NCBI GenBank assembly: GCA_020353515.1
Contig: CP070695.1
Span: 3,742,277 to 3,806,276, forward strand
DNA length: 64,000 bases
Reading direction: 5' to 3'
Origin: Candidatus Heimdallarchaeota archaeon
GTDB taxonomy: Archaea; Asgardarchaeota; Heimdallarchaeia; Hodarchaeales; Hodarchaeaceae
Position numbers and translations under genes: made by a program. Numbering within the stretch: the stretch's first letter is position 1; each line of letters opens with the position of its first letter. Under the pieces are notes generated by a model. It had not been told where the DNA came from and did not search any database. It was given only the letters and a program-made list of their open reading frames with translations. This document shows positions 51,474 through 61,926 of the stretch, piece by piece.

Positions 51474-54215
51474 TCACACCTGATCCCAAGGTTTTGGTAT
51501 CTCAAGAATGGTTGTAATCAAAGTAATTGTTTCTTGAAGAACTCTTTTCTCTTCATCAAAGAATCTGTCTACATCAAAATCAACTAAAAACTTCAAAGTT
51601 CTTTTTAACATATTGCGAAAAACGTTTTCATACAATTTAGAGTTCAAAAATAAATTGATCTGTGAAGCTAACCAATCACCCCACTCTTTCAGTTCCTTAT
51701 TTACAGCACCTAACCTTTGACTTGCCTTTAATAGCTCATTTAATAAATCTGGAAGCTCTGGTCGTTGAGGTTCAACCATCTGAAAACTTTCTTCTGGAAT
51801 TCTGAATGTGGTACGAAGATCCTCAGTCAGTCTCTTCATCTTGTTATAGAACATTCCAGCAGAGACGCTTCCTACCAGGTATCTCTTTTTCTGTGTAGAG
51901 AACCAGGATTTCTTTTTATTCCATGCTAATAGTTCTTGATTGTTTTTTGGTTGAAAGGATTGATTAGAAAAGATATAATCAAAAACTTCAATGGCTTGTT
52001 TTAACGACTCACGATCCTCAGTTAACTCAAATGGTTCTCTACGGAGCTGCTTACCCATAAGAGGAACTTCAGCTTCTTGTATAACCTTTGGAACAGGTTC
52101 AATCTCTATATCAGTAGATTCATTCACCAATTTTGAAGATTTCACGCCTTTAATCTCTTCCGTGACCACTACCTGCGTACCTGTTCCAACATCATTTTTA
52201 GTCACGACCTCTTTGGTCATAAATTGTAGTTCAGAATACGTTCGTGCTCCTAAGTCTTGCGCTCGCTGATATGATTTGTAATCAGGAAATCTATTTTTTT
52301 CTACTATTTTTGCAGTAGCTAAATCAGGGGCTCCCAGATGACGTATTAATTTTAGATCAGAATAATTCTTTACTCCTAGATCCTGACCTTGTTTATAGGT
52401 TTGATAATCAGGAAATCTCCCTTGTCGAATTTTTTCCGCAGTAGCTAAATCTGGGGCATCAAATTCTTCAACTAAACGCAACTCTGATATATTAGTAGCT
52501 CCAAATGATTTAGCTTTTTCATATTCTTTAAAATTGCGAAATCCTCTAATTCTTATTTTTTCAGCGGTTTCGAAGTCAGGAGCTTCATATTTATCGATAT
52601 ATTGTAAGTCTGAGTAATCTTTAACTTCTAACTCTTGTGCCCGTTTATATGACTCGTAATCAGGAAATTGGCCCTTTTGAATTGCATTCGCAGTCGTTAG
52701 ATCAGGGGCCTGGAATTCTTCAACTAAAAATAATTCAGAAACAGAGGAAGCACCAACAGTCAGAGCTTTTTGGTAAGTTTCAAAATGAGTAAATCCACCC
52801 TCTTTAATTTTCTCAGCTGTTATTAGATTTGGAGCTCCAAGACGATCGATAAACTCTAATTGGGAATATGTTTTAGCTCCTAGATTTTGTGCTCGATGAT
52901 AGGTTTCAAAATTTGGAAATCTTCCTCTCTTCATTGCTTTTTGATCACTAGTAGTCATCTCAGAAACAGGTTTGTCTTTTATAGGAGATTCCTGAGAAAC
53001 AGAAACTTCAATTTTTTCCTTGAGTTCGAGCTTATCTATGGGAATTTTAGCGTGTTCGGATCCAATCCAGCTCTTATATCCGCAAAACGGGCAGGGAGGG
53101 TCTATCATCCCTTTAATTACCATAAGAGATTCAAATTCTCTTATTTCAACCCCTCGCAGACAACGGGAACAAAATACAGATTGGTCAGTTATTATCTTAG
53201 TCCCTGACAGCATACTATACGCACTAATCACTCCTGTTAAAACGGTGTTTCTCATGTTCTTTGCGATATGGACAACACGAACTCTCTGCGGATAAAGAAC
53301 TCCAAGGCAGAAGAAAAAGAAAATGATGATCAAAAGCTCTGCTTTTAGTATAAGGGGATCTACATTGGGAACGGGAATATCAATTATAATGAGATAGAGA
53401 ATTATTGCCATTAACCCAAGCCAATGGAGATTATTCCAAAGTCCAATTAATGATCGCGCTATTAACTTGGGTAATGTTTCTATAAAGAAAATCCCAATAC
53501 GTTCTAAAACGAATCTAGAGGATTTTGTTATCCAACCACCAAATCTTCGAATACGAGTTCCTAATTCCTTAATTCCTAGTCCGAGATATCTGAAAAATCC
53601 TCTACCAATGGTTCCTATCAGCTGTCCGAGAGCAGAGAGAGCCTGTCGAATTCCACCAGCCTTTATCCATTCTTTGAAAATAAAAAACTGGTCTACTATT
53701 TTTTGGTCAAGTTCTGTGGCGCGAGTTGTAAAACCAATAATCATGGTGAATACGCCAGCTATGATCATGATTATGTAAATAAACTCAGCATCAGATCCAT
53801 ACCAGATTATATTAAGAAGAAATGTTATAAAAATAAGTACAACACCAACATATGCGATAATTGCCCCAAGTGCACCCCATTCGGTATATTCTCTCCAACT
53901 TAACACATCAATGACTAAACCACCAAACAAGATAAGCAGAGTAATCCCCATAACCGCGGTTACCAATCTTGATCTCACAGGATCAGGAATGGGAAGTGCA
54001 GGATTTTGAATCATAAACTGTACAAACAGACCTATGAAGAAGATTATAACTCCAATAATTGTGAACTTTGAAAAGGATATCAATTCTGTAACTGATGCTT
54101 CTTTAAGCTTTCTGGCTTTTGGTAATTCTTGCTGTGTAGATAGTTCTGATTCTTTTAAGGTGGCCTTGTTCTCTTTAGTAATTTTATTTTGTAACTTTTT
54201 ATCATCTATAGCCAT
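51474..54215 (-). CDS. Membrane protein with Zn finger, 42-aa tandem repeats and C-terminal helical bundles
   Basis: ~6 TM; CSRC...CPFC; about 5.7 copies of a 42-aa repeat. Confidence 0.8.
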   Translation of the reverse strand: MAIDDKKLQNKITKENKATLKESELSTQQELPKARKLKEASVTELISFSKFTIIGVIIFFIGLFVQFMIQNPALPIPDPVRSRLVTAVMGITLLILFGGLVIDVLSWREYTEWGALGAIIAYVGVVLIFITFLLNIIWYGSDAEFIYIIMIIAGVFTMIIGFTTRATELDQKIVDQFFIFKEWIKAGGIRQALSALGQLIGTIGRGFFRYLGLGIKELGTRIRRFGGWITKSSRFVLERIGIFFIETLPKLIARSLIGLWNNLHWLGLMAIILYLIIIDIPVPNVDPLILKAELLIIIFFFFCLGVLYPQRVRVVHIAKNMRNTVLTGVISAYSMLSGTKIITDQSVFCSRCLRGVEIREFESLMVIKGMIDPPCPFCGYKSWIGSEHAKIPIDKLELKEKIEVSVSQESPIKDKPVSEMTTSDQKAMKRGRFPNFETYHRAQNLGAKTYSQLEFIDRLGAPNLITAEKIKEGGFTHFETYQKALTVGASSVSELFLVEEFQAPDLTTANAIQKGQFPDYESYKRAQELEVKDYSDLQYIDKYEAPDFETAEKIRIRGFRNFKEYEKAKSFGATNISELRLVEEFDAPDLATAEKIRQGRFPDYQTYKQGQDLGVKNYSDLKLIRHLGAPDLATAKIVEKNRFPDYKSYQRAQDLGARTYSELQFMTKEVVTKNDVGTGTQVVVTEEIKGVKSSKLVNESTDIEIEPVPKVIQEAEVPLMGKQLRREPFELTEDRESLKQAIEVFDYIFSNQSFQPKNNQELLAWNKKKSWFSTQKKRYLVGSVSAGMFYNKMKRLTEDLRTTFRIPEESFQMVEPQRPELPDLLNELLKASQRLGAVNKELKEWGDWLASQINLFLNSKLYENVFRNMLKRTLKFLVDFDVDRFFDEEKRVLQETITLITTILEIPKPWDQV
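52208..52925 (-). repeat. Intragenic 126-nt (42-aa) tandem repeat, about 5.7 copies
   Basis: Consensus G-x-F-P-D-Y-x-T-Y-x-x-A-Q-x-L-G-A-x-x-Y-S-x-L-x5-(L/F)-x-A-P-D-L-x-T-A-x-K-I. Confidence 0.9.
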
Positions 54216-57200
54216 TATTTACCACCTCTGTCAGATTCAATGCTGTCTGTACTACTTAAGAGAGATTTAAGCCGCATATTTTCTTTCTTAAGGGCAACAA
54301 ACAAAAAGATCACTATACCCACAACAATGAGTGCTGCCCCAAGTGGAATCAAGAAAGGAGAATTAGCAAAAAAACCAAGTAAATTCCTTTCGTAGGTTCC
54401 CCATTGAATTATGCTTGCAAGAAAGGCCAAGACTCCTAAGATATCAATTCTGAGGAAGAATTCACTTATTTCAACACCAGATGGATCCACAAAGCCAGAA
54501 AGTAATACGATAACTCCATAGAAAGACACCGAAATAGCTAGTAAGATAAGAATTATGGGGATTGTCAAATCTATTGTTGTACGGAATAGCAAGATCAGTT
54601 GGTTTCCTAGCTTTCTCATAAAATCTCCGAGGGCATAAAAGGCTCGTTTAAATGCATCCTTGATTGCATGAACAGTACGAAGGAGAGCATCCCAAATCGC
54701 CTGTAGAGTATGAATAATGAAGTGATTAACTTTATGGAACCAAGTAGCATAAAGAATGACTAAACCACTTCCTATCAATAACCATCCAAGTGGCTCTTGT
54801 AGCCAGACTAGCCCTACAATAAGGGATAGAATACCAAGACACGTTGTGGAGAAGCGGATAATCTCGATATAGTATGTTTGGAAGAATTGGACTATCGTAT
54901 TATAAGTATCCTTGAGAAATTGGAAAAATGCTCTTAGTGCTTGACCAATAGCGTGCATCAGTTGTTGAAATGCATTTCGTAAAGTGATAGCTGATTGTAA
55001 GACAAATTGATTGACCTGATGGAACCACGCAAGGTAAAGAAGAAGAATACCACCAAGAATCAGCACTAATCGAAAATCAAAAAGCTCCCTTGAGGGAGGT
55101 AATAATCCAGCTAGAATCAGAATACTAGCGGTAATCGTTGTGACAGCTCTTAGAATATAAATACGGTGATCCCAAGCATATTGGAAAAAAGCAGCAATCG
55201 AATTCGTAACTGCAACGAGGAATTTATGAACTGCATTAGCTGTCTGGACCAAAGCGTTGCGAATTGCAATACTCAATTGTTTGAAAGCTAGGTTGACCTG
55301 ATGGAACCAGGCTACATAGAGAAGAAGAACACCAGCCAATATCAAAAACAGTTCAAGTCCACTTATCAAAGACATATCGTACATTCTATAGAAGAGTAAT
55401 AACAGACCAATAGAAGTCATGATTGAGCCAGAAATCGTCATTATTGCTCGGATTATGGCAATACGGTGTTCCCAAATAGAATGACCAGCCTGAATAAGAG
55501 CATTTATAGCTGTAACAAAGAAGTTTTTGATATCATGTGCAGTGTTCACAATAGCGTTGCGAATAGCCAAGAGGGATTGTTTAACAAAATGATTGACTTG
55601 ATAAAACCAAGCAGCGTAAAGAACACTTAGTCCAGCAATCAATAGAACTAGCTGAATTCCAAACTGAAGCTGTTCAGGAGAAATCTCTAGAAAAGGAACA
55701 ACTACAAAACTTACAAGGATCATTAGTGGGCCAAGAATGGTGGCAAAAGCCCGTAGAATCACAATACGATAAAACCAAATGGTGTGAAGAGCTTCAATTA
55801 CTGCCTCCTTAACTTTTATGAGAAAGTTATATAGCGCATGTCCTGTGAGCACAAGTGTATTCCAAATAGTAATTGCTGACTCTTTAACGAAGTGATTGAC
55901 CTGATTAAACCAAGCTATATAAAGAATAACGATACCAAACAATAAAAATAATAGTTCAAGGGTCTCAGACATCCATGGTACGAATGCAATGGTAAATCCA
56001 AGCATTGATATAAAACTGGTAACTGTTACAATAAATCCAGCGGTCGTTAGAATAGCTCTGGTGATAATAATATGATGATACCATATCATATGAATAGTTT
56101 GGATAAATGCATCTTTTACAGCAATGAAGAAGTTTTTGATGGCCTGACCAGTAAAGATGAATGCATTCTTGATAGCTATAGCTGTTTTGATCACTAGTTG
56201 TTTGAGCTCGTTTCTCCAGACGGTTCCATTGACAACAATGCCAATAACTATTAATCCTCCAGAAAGCCAAAGAATAAGAAGAAGATCCTGTGAAAGTAAC
56301 AGAAGGATTCCATAAAGTATCAGCACAGTGCTGAGAGTCGTTGTAACTCCACGGGAATTACTATGACGATCAGGAATATACCAAATCGCGACGCTAACAA
56401 TATAACCTGATAATAGAAAGAAGAATGGGCCATAAGGAAAGGCACTGATAGTGTTCCACGTAACAACAAGGCCATATACCGTGAAGCTCAAAGCACCTAT
56501 CGTGATTAACTGTCGGTAATAAGTTGTGAGAAACTGGGCAGTTGTGTTGATGGTGTACCCGATCGCATTTTTCAACGCAATAAGGATGCTTTTAAACGAC
56601 TGATAGATCTCTATTCGCCAGATCCATCCATTAATTGATATTCCCATAACAATCAAGAAACTTGAAATCACATAGGAAAGTTCATCAGGCGAAACAGGGG
56701 GCGTTAAAAGTAATCCTAAGAGTAAGATCCCCCACAGTACCACAGTAATACTTAGTGTGGTGGTTACCCCCCGAAAATAGGCATGACGATCAGGAATATG
56801 CCATATCGCAACACTTATCGCAAAACCTCCTAGAAAGAAACCTAAAGGTAATGGATCAAAGAAGCTATCTATTACTAATACATCCATGAGGAGAGGATTG
56901 AACAACTTTGTAAATTCAAATAAAAAAGATCCTAATGTAAGGAAGCTTACGCCAACAGTTGTAGTTATTTCTCTGTAATAAGTACGGAAGAACCAAACAA
57001 CTGTTTGAATTGTTCGTTTGACAGTATAATTAATGTTATCAAACCAAACTCGATAGAAAAGTAGTAATCCAGTCATAGGAAAAGAAATTGAAAAGAAAAA
57101 CCAATCAGGAATAGATTGTGTCAGTGCTTGAATTAAACCAATAATTATCAATAATACACCTATTAAAGACGCAAAAACTTGACCTAATGTTACAAAACCC

Positions 57201-58072
57201 TTGCTAAAATGGCTTGTAACCTTCATCTTGAATATATATAAATCTAGATAAACTATTGCTAATCCTATGACCCCAGATATGAAACTGAGTAAGAAAAAGT
57301 TTGAATCAATAAATGGTGCAAGTATAATTAGTATGAATCCCAGTCCTAAACTTAATTCAAAGATTCTAATGATTTCAATCCTGTATCTCCAAACTGTGTG
57401 ATTAATTTGACGGAACCAGGAACCCCACACGAGTCCCAATCCAATTCCTCCAATTATTAAGCCTCCAAATGGATCGCCTGGGAAAACAAAGATTGTTAAT
57501 ACACCCCATTCAACAAAGAACAATACAAGAATTGATAAAAAACTCCAATTAACTAAGAAAACTCCGACAACAGAAATTGTATAGCGAATAATAACCTCAA
57601 AATTTATTCTGAACCAAAATACCAGAGGTTCATCTATTCGAGTTGTCTCTGCAAAGAAACCAATAAATGTTAGAAGCAGTCCTAAAACCAGTAGAGGGAT
57701 AAGAATTACTAGCTGAAGAGCAACAAGTGACGAAACACTGCATAAGAATACAACAAACAATCCAAAGAAGCCCATATTCCCGCCTAAATTAGTTGATTTG
57801 TTTCGTTTTTCATTAACCCAACGTAACTGGAAAAAACCAAGGAAAATACCTGCTAAAAAAACAAGTATGAAGACGAAAATCAACATAGGAGATAATATAT
57901 TAGTGTAAACTTCGAAATCTGGTAGATATATTTGTACAACGTTTACTCCTAGGAGTCCGATTACTATCACGGATGCAAGCCGAACTAGATGGCGAATCAC
58001 ATTCTCCTGATAAATAGGTTCAGTTGGACTAAATTCTTCTACATCTGGTGCTCTTTTTTCTGTTTCAATCAT
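54215..58072 (-). CDS. Large polytopic membrane protein built from TM-hairpin + amphipathic-helix repeats
   Basis: Recurrent LYxAWFxQVNxF (5 close and 2 divergent copies) and twice-repeated AIW(H/Y)IPDRH...RGVTTTLS. Confidence 0.82.
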   Translation of the reverse strand: MIETEKRAPDVEEFSPTEPIYQENVIRHLVRLASVIVIGLLGVNVVQIYLPDFEVYTNILSPMLIFVFILVFLAGIFLGFFQLRWVNEKRNKSTNLGGNMGFFGLFVVFLCSVSSLVALQLVILIPLLVLGLLLTFIGFFAETTRIDEPLVFWFRINFEVIIRYTISVVGVFLVNWSFLSILVLFFVEWGVLTIFVFPGDPFGGLIIGGIGLGLVWGSWFRQINHTVWRYRIEIIRIFELSLGLGFILIILAPFIDSNFFLLSFISGVIGLAIVYLDLYIFKMKVTSHFSKGFVTLGQVFASLIGVLLIIIGLIQALTQSIPDWFFFSISFPMTGLLLFYRVWFDNINYTVKRTIQTVVWFFRTYYREITTTVGVSFLTLGSFLFEFTKLFNPLLMDVLVIDSFFDPLPLGFFLGGFAISVAIWHIPDRHAYFRGVTTTLSITVVLWGILLLGLLLTPPVSPDELSYVISSFLIVMGISINGWIWRIEIYQSFKSILIALKNAIGYTINTTAQFLTTYYRQLITIGALSFTVYGLVVTWNTISAFPYGPFFFLLSGYIVSVAIWYIPDRHSNSRGVTTTLSTVLILYGILLLLSQDLLLILWLSGGLIVIGIVVNGTVWRNELKQLVIKTAIAIKNAFIFTGQAIKNFFIAVKDAFIQTIHMIWYHHIIITRAILTTAGFIVTVTSFISMLGFTIAFVPWMSETLELLFLLFGIVILYIAWFNQVNHFVKESAITIWNTLVLTGHALYNFLIKVKEAVIEALHTIWFYRIVILRAFATILGPLMILVSFVVVPFLEISPEQLQFGIQLVLLIAGLSVLYAAWFYQVNHFVKQSLLAIRNAIVNTAHDIKNFFVTAINALIQAGHSIWEHRIAIIRAIMTISGSIMTSIGLLLLFYRMYDMSLISGLELFLILAGVLLLYVAWFHQVNLAFKQLSIAIRNALVQTANAVHKFLVAVTNSIAAFFQYAWDHRIYILRAVTTITASILILAGLLPPSRELFDFRLVLILGGILLLYLAWFHQVNQFVLQSAITLRNAFQQLMHAIGQALRAFFQFLKDTYNTIVQFFQTYYIEIIRFSTTCLGILSLIVGLVWLQEPLGWLLIGSGLVILYATWFHKVNHFIIHTLQAIWDALLRTVHAIKDAFKRAFYALGDFMRKLGNQLILLFRTTIDLTIPIILILLAISVSFYGVIVLLSGFVDPSGVEISEFFLRIDILGVLAFLASIIQWGTYERNLLGFFANSPFLIPLGAALIVVGIVIFLFVALKKENMRLKSLLSSTDSIESDRGGK

Positions 58073-60996
58073 ATCTGACTTACTCCTTCTTCACTTTTTC
58101 GACTCAGTGCCTTACTGAGTCTCCTCCCGAAGTATACTTCAGGAATAATCGGTATTAATGCTAATCCAACAATGAATAATGAGAAATCTGGTGGAGGAGG
58201 TGGAGTATTGTGTACGGAAAATACTTCCCCAAGGATATTCTCAGAAGTTAATCCATCTGAACTGGTTGTTACAACTTTTATTTTATAATTAGCCCCATCG
58301 GGGACAGTGGTGGTGTTCCAAGTATAAGTGGTTGTAGTTAAGTCTGAGACTATCGGAATCCAAGTTGAACCATCATCTGGGGAATAATAGAGTGAATAGG
58401 TGACCTCTTGACCCAATGAATCAGTAGAGGCCGCCCATTGAATTGTAACCATTCCTTTAAGGGATTCTTCCCCAAAAGAAGTTGAAATTATCGGAGCTGT
58501 AATGTAATGTATCATAAATGAGCCATCAGAAAGATCCACAGCGGTTAATCCCTCAGAACAAGTTGCTATAACTTTGATTGTGAAATTGGTTCCTGTTGCG
58601 AGAACTGAAGTGTCCCAATCATAGCTACTTACATCTAAACTTGAAACTAGACTATTCCAAGTATTTCCACCATCAGACGAATAATACACAGTATAGGTAA
58701 CATCGTGGTTTAGTGAATCAGATGAGACCGACCATTGAATGGGAATAGTTCCATTAAGAATTTCCCCGCCATTAGGAGATAAAATGATCGGTTTAGAAAG
58801 CTCATTATGGACAGAAAACGTCGAACTGTAGATATCCTCAGAAATTAAACCTGCAGAACAACTTGCAGTAATTTTGATTAAAGAGGATGCACTATCGGGG
58901 ACATTGGTTGTGTTCCAAACATAATTTGTCATGTTCAAACCAGAAACAACTGGGATCCAAGATGAACCATTATTTGAGGAGTAAAATACTGAATAGGTGA
59001 CATCTTGACCCAAAGAATCAGTAGAGAGCGCCCATTGAAGAGAAACTGTACCTTTTAGGGGATCACTCCCAAAGGAAGTCAAAATGGTAGGTGGGGTAAT
59101 GTAATGTACCATAAATAAGCCATCAGAGACATCATCAGCTGTTAATCCCTCTGTACAAGTAGCTACAACTTTTATCGTGAAATTTTCCCCTACTCTAAGA
59201 CCTGATGTGTCCCAATTTAGACTAGGTGTATTCAAACTTGAATCAATTAAAATCCATGTGTTCCCATCGTCGATTGAATAATATACAGTATATGTAACAT
59301 CATGGCCAACTGAATCAGGCGAGGCTGACCACTGAATGGGAATAGTTCCATTGATAATTTCCCCACCATTAGGAGACAAGATAGTCGGTGAGGAAAGATA
59401 ATTATGAATAGTAAATATTCCATTAGATGTATCCTCGGCTGTCTCTCCCTCTGAACAGTTAGTAATAACTTTGATCAAGTAAGTTGACCCATCTGCAACG
59501 CTAGAAGTGTTCCATAAGTAATTGGTTGTGTTTAATCCAGAAGCCAAAAGCTCCCAAGTGAGTCCATTGTCCGCTGAAATGCTTATTGAATAAGTCACTA
59601 CATGTCCTTTTGAGTCAATGGCTGGCAACCACTGTATATCTTCGGTCAAGGTGTAGACCTCGCCCCCATTAGGTGTTAGAAGAGCAGGACTCGTAAGAAT
59701 ATCCACTACAGCACTAGGATATTGAGAAGTTAATGGATACGAGTCTTCGCCTCCCCCAATCCCATAGGGGTTATCTACAATACCATCAACATCAATGTCT
59801 GGACCTGTCCAGTCACTCCAGTGATTAAACGCAAAGATATTATTAATATACCCCTCATTTAATGCTTGAGAATCACCTCCACTGTTTTCAACGAAATTGT
59901 TCCAAATAATTGTATTAAAACTTGTAAGTGAACTTAAAACAAGACCATAATAGGAACTGTTGGTTAAATTGTTACTTGAAATGTTATTATAATTCGAAGA
60001 ATATTCTAAAGAAATTCCGCTCCCAAAATTATCATAAATATCGTTCCCAGCTAATATACTATTTGATCCACCAAAGTCGATACCATACCCTCCATTGTTA
60101 TATATGACATTTCGTTTGAAAACACAAGAATCAGAACGAGCTCGAATACCCCATCCGTTGTCATGAACAAAGTTTCCGATACATACGATATTCGGAGAAC
60201 CAACAATACTCATTCCAGATCCCATGTTTTCAAATACTCGATTATAACCAATAACAGTTTTTTGTGTTGATCCAATGAACAATCCTTGATCGGTGTTAAA
60301 CTTCACTGTATTGTTGTAAACATAAACCTCTTTTGTTTCCCCAATGCCCAATGCCCCATGTCCACCACACCCAGAAACCGTATTATTGATAATTGTGTTA
60401 TTCTGCGAATATCCTGTCGAAATTCCCCCGTCATTACAATTAGAAACAGTATTATTCCCAATAAGGATTTGATTAGAGGAGTCTACCGTAATCCCACCAC
60501 CGTCAATATTATAAACTGTATTATTTGAAATAATTCCATTTGACACATTATAGAAGTGAATTCCTTCAGGTGCAAAATTTAATCCGTTAAGAATATTACT
60601 TCGAACACAAAAATAAGCTGTCGTACCGCTGATGCTGATCAAACTCTCACTTGAAGCAGTAATACTAAAACCTTCAATTAAGTAAGGATCATCAATTGTC
60701 CCTGATCCTGGAAATCCTTGTATAATAAACTGGTTGTTCGAGGATATAGAAATAGGATCGTGCTCTATAAGATTAGAATGATAAGTTTTTAATCTCATAG
60801 ATTGAGGAACATCGGTATTCTCTGAAGGAGTACAAATTCTCTCAATACATGAAACAGGCTTATACATTACTTGAACTGGTACATTAAGACTATGGCATAA
60901 TACCATAGTAAATATAATTAGAAATAAATAAAGTAATTTATTTCGGTTAAACAAGATTTTTTTCAATATTATCCCCTTTTTCCTCAAAAACTCCAA
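58069..60996 (-). CDS. Surface protein: parallel beta-helix + five Fn3/Ig-like repeats + C-terminal anchor
   Basis: GFPGSGTIDDPYLI, PbH1 repeats, NHWSDW, five PNGGE/QW...YS.D.G.TW units, PPPPP + TM. Confidence 0.87.
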   Translation of the reverse strand: MEFLRKKGIILKKILFNRNKLLYLFLIIFTMVLCHSLNVPVQVMYKPVSCIERICTPSENTDVPQSMRLKTYHSNLIEHDPISISSNNQFIIQGFPGSGTIDDPYLIEGFSITASSESLISISGTTAYFCVRSNILNGLNFAPEGIHFYNVSNGIISNNTVYNIDGGGITVDSSNQILIGNNTVSNCNDGGISTGYSQNNTIINNTVSGCGGHGALGIGETKEVYVYNNTVKFNTDQGLFIGSTQKTVIGYNRVFENMGSGMSIVGSPNIVCIGNFVHDNGWGIRARSDSCVFKRNVIYNNGGYGIDFGGSNSILAGNDIYDNFGSGISLEYSSNYNNISSNNLTNSSYYGLVLSSLTSFNTIIWNNFVENSGGDSQALNEGYINNIFAFNHWSDWTGPDIDVDGIVDNPYGIGGGEDSYPLTSQYPSAVVDILTSPALLTPNGGEVYTLTEDIQWLPAIDSKGHVVTYSISISADNGLTWELLASGLNTTNYLWNTSSVADGSTYLIKVITNCSEGETAEDTSNGIFTIHNYLSSPTILSPNGGEIINGTIPIQWSASPDSVGHDVTYTVYYSIDDGNTWILIDSSLNTPSLNWDTSGLRVGENFTIKVVATCTEGLTADDVSDGLFMVHYITPPTILTSFGSDPLKGTVSLQWALSTDSLGQDVTYSVFYSSNNGSSWIPVVSGLNMTNYVWNTTNVPDSASSLIKITASCSAGLISEDIYSSTFSVHNELSKPIILSPNGGEILNGTIPIQWSVSSDSLNHDVTYTVYYSSDGGNTWNSLVSSLDVSSYDWDTSVLATGTNFTIKVIATCSEGLTAVDLSDGSFMIHYITAPIISTSFGEESLKGMVTIQWAASTDSLGQEVTYSLYYSPDDGSTWIPIVSDLTTTTYTWNTTTVPDGANYKIKVVTTSSDGLTSENILGEVFSVHNTPPPPPDFSLFIVGLALIPIIPEVYFGRRLSKALSRKSEEGVSQI
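58205..59400 (-). repeat. 597-nt intragenic tandem duplication (two Fn3 domains x2)
   Basis: GGGAATAGTTCCATT...ATTAGGAGA occurs at 58741 and 59338 (offset 597). Confidence 0.85.
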
Positions 60997-61216
60997 CCTT
61001 CATACAATAAAAGGCAACTTTGTGCGTGAGAGAGAATAATAACACTTATGTGAGAGATGATTTCCTTATAAGTGTACTTATAATTCATGAATGAGAAATT
61101 AATTTCTTAACGTAAAAGAACCGCTGTTATTTTTTCCGAGAGAATTCTTTGTCATACAAACTAAAGTTAAATGTCTAATAAACAAACCATATTGGTAAAA
61201 CCAAAAGAGGAATAGA

Positions 61217-61906
61217 GTGATAGGAATGGATTTACTACCTGACTTGGAGCCTACTCTTGAAATTTTAGATAAAATCGTTGCATTCGAAGAAAAAATGGAA
61301 ATTAATAGAATGTTGCTGTTTATAGCACTTGCTGGATTCATTACCATAATTGGAGGCTGGATTGAATATGTTTGTTATCACTTCCTGTCTATAGATTCAA
61401 CTTTCTTCATTCTCGGGTTAGCCTCCAATAGTGATCTAGTTTTACTTCTTGGTTTATGGCTTATCTACCTTTTACCCCTTCTTGGGGTTATTATCTTTAC
61501 TACTGGATTATCTCCTGGTTTTATCAATTGGAATAAGGCCTATCGAAAAGTAGGACTAATCATAATTGGATTATTTGTGCTTACCCATTTATTAGTGATC
61601 ATCTTTGGTAGTACCAATCCTCAATTAATACCTACAATATGGGGAATTACCGTTTCTCTTGGTTTTTTACTCACAAGCAGAATTCTTTATTTAGAAACGA
61701 AAAATAAACAGTTACAATCAGGGTTATTTATATTTGGAATATCTGCCTTGGTTCTTGGATTTTTTTCTTCATTAGTTATCTATCCAGGATCACCAGAATT
61801 GGCAATGTTTCTTTATTGTACAATTTTTGGTCTAATTTTAATTGGGGTGAGTATGACCGCTTATTGGAATGTAAGCAGGTTAACTGCAAAACAAAAGGAA
61901 GCTTAA
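61217..61906 (+). CDS. Hypothetical 6-TM membrane protein
   Basis: Six hydrophobic helices; directly upstream of a wHTH regulator. Confidence 0.75.
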   Translation: MIGMDLLPDLEPTLEILDKIVAFEEKMEINRMLLFIALAGFITIIGGWIEYVCYHFLSIDSTFFILGLASNSDLVLLLGLWLIYLLPLLGVIIFTTGLSPGFINWNKAYRKVGLIIIGLFVLTHLLVIIFGSTNPQLIPTIWGITVSLGFLLTSRILYLETKNKQLQSGLFIFGISALVLGFFSSLVIYPGSPELAMFLYCTIFGLILIGVSMTAYWNVSRLTAKQKEA

Positions 61907-61926
61907 TTTAAAGACCAGGTGATAGA

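Noticed and set aside
48910-60996. Surface-protein repeats as a diversity-generating retroelement or CRISPR array
   Set aside because: No reverse transcriptase, no adenine-specific TR/VR pair seen, no spacer-separated identical repeats; the repeats are in-frame protein repeats.
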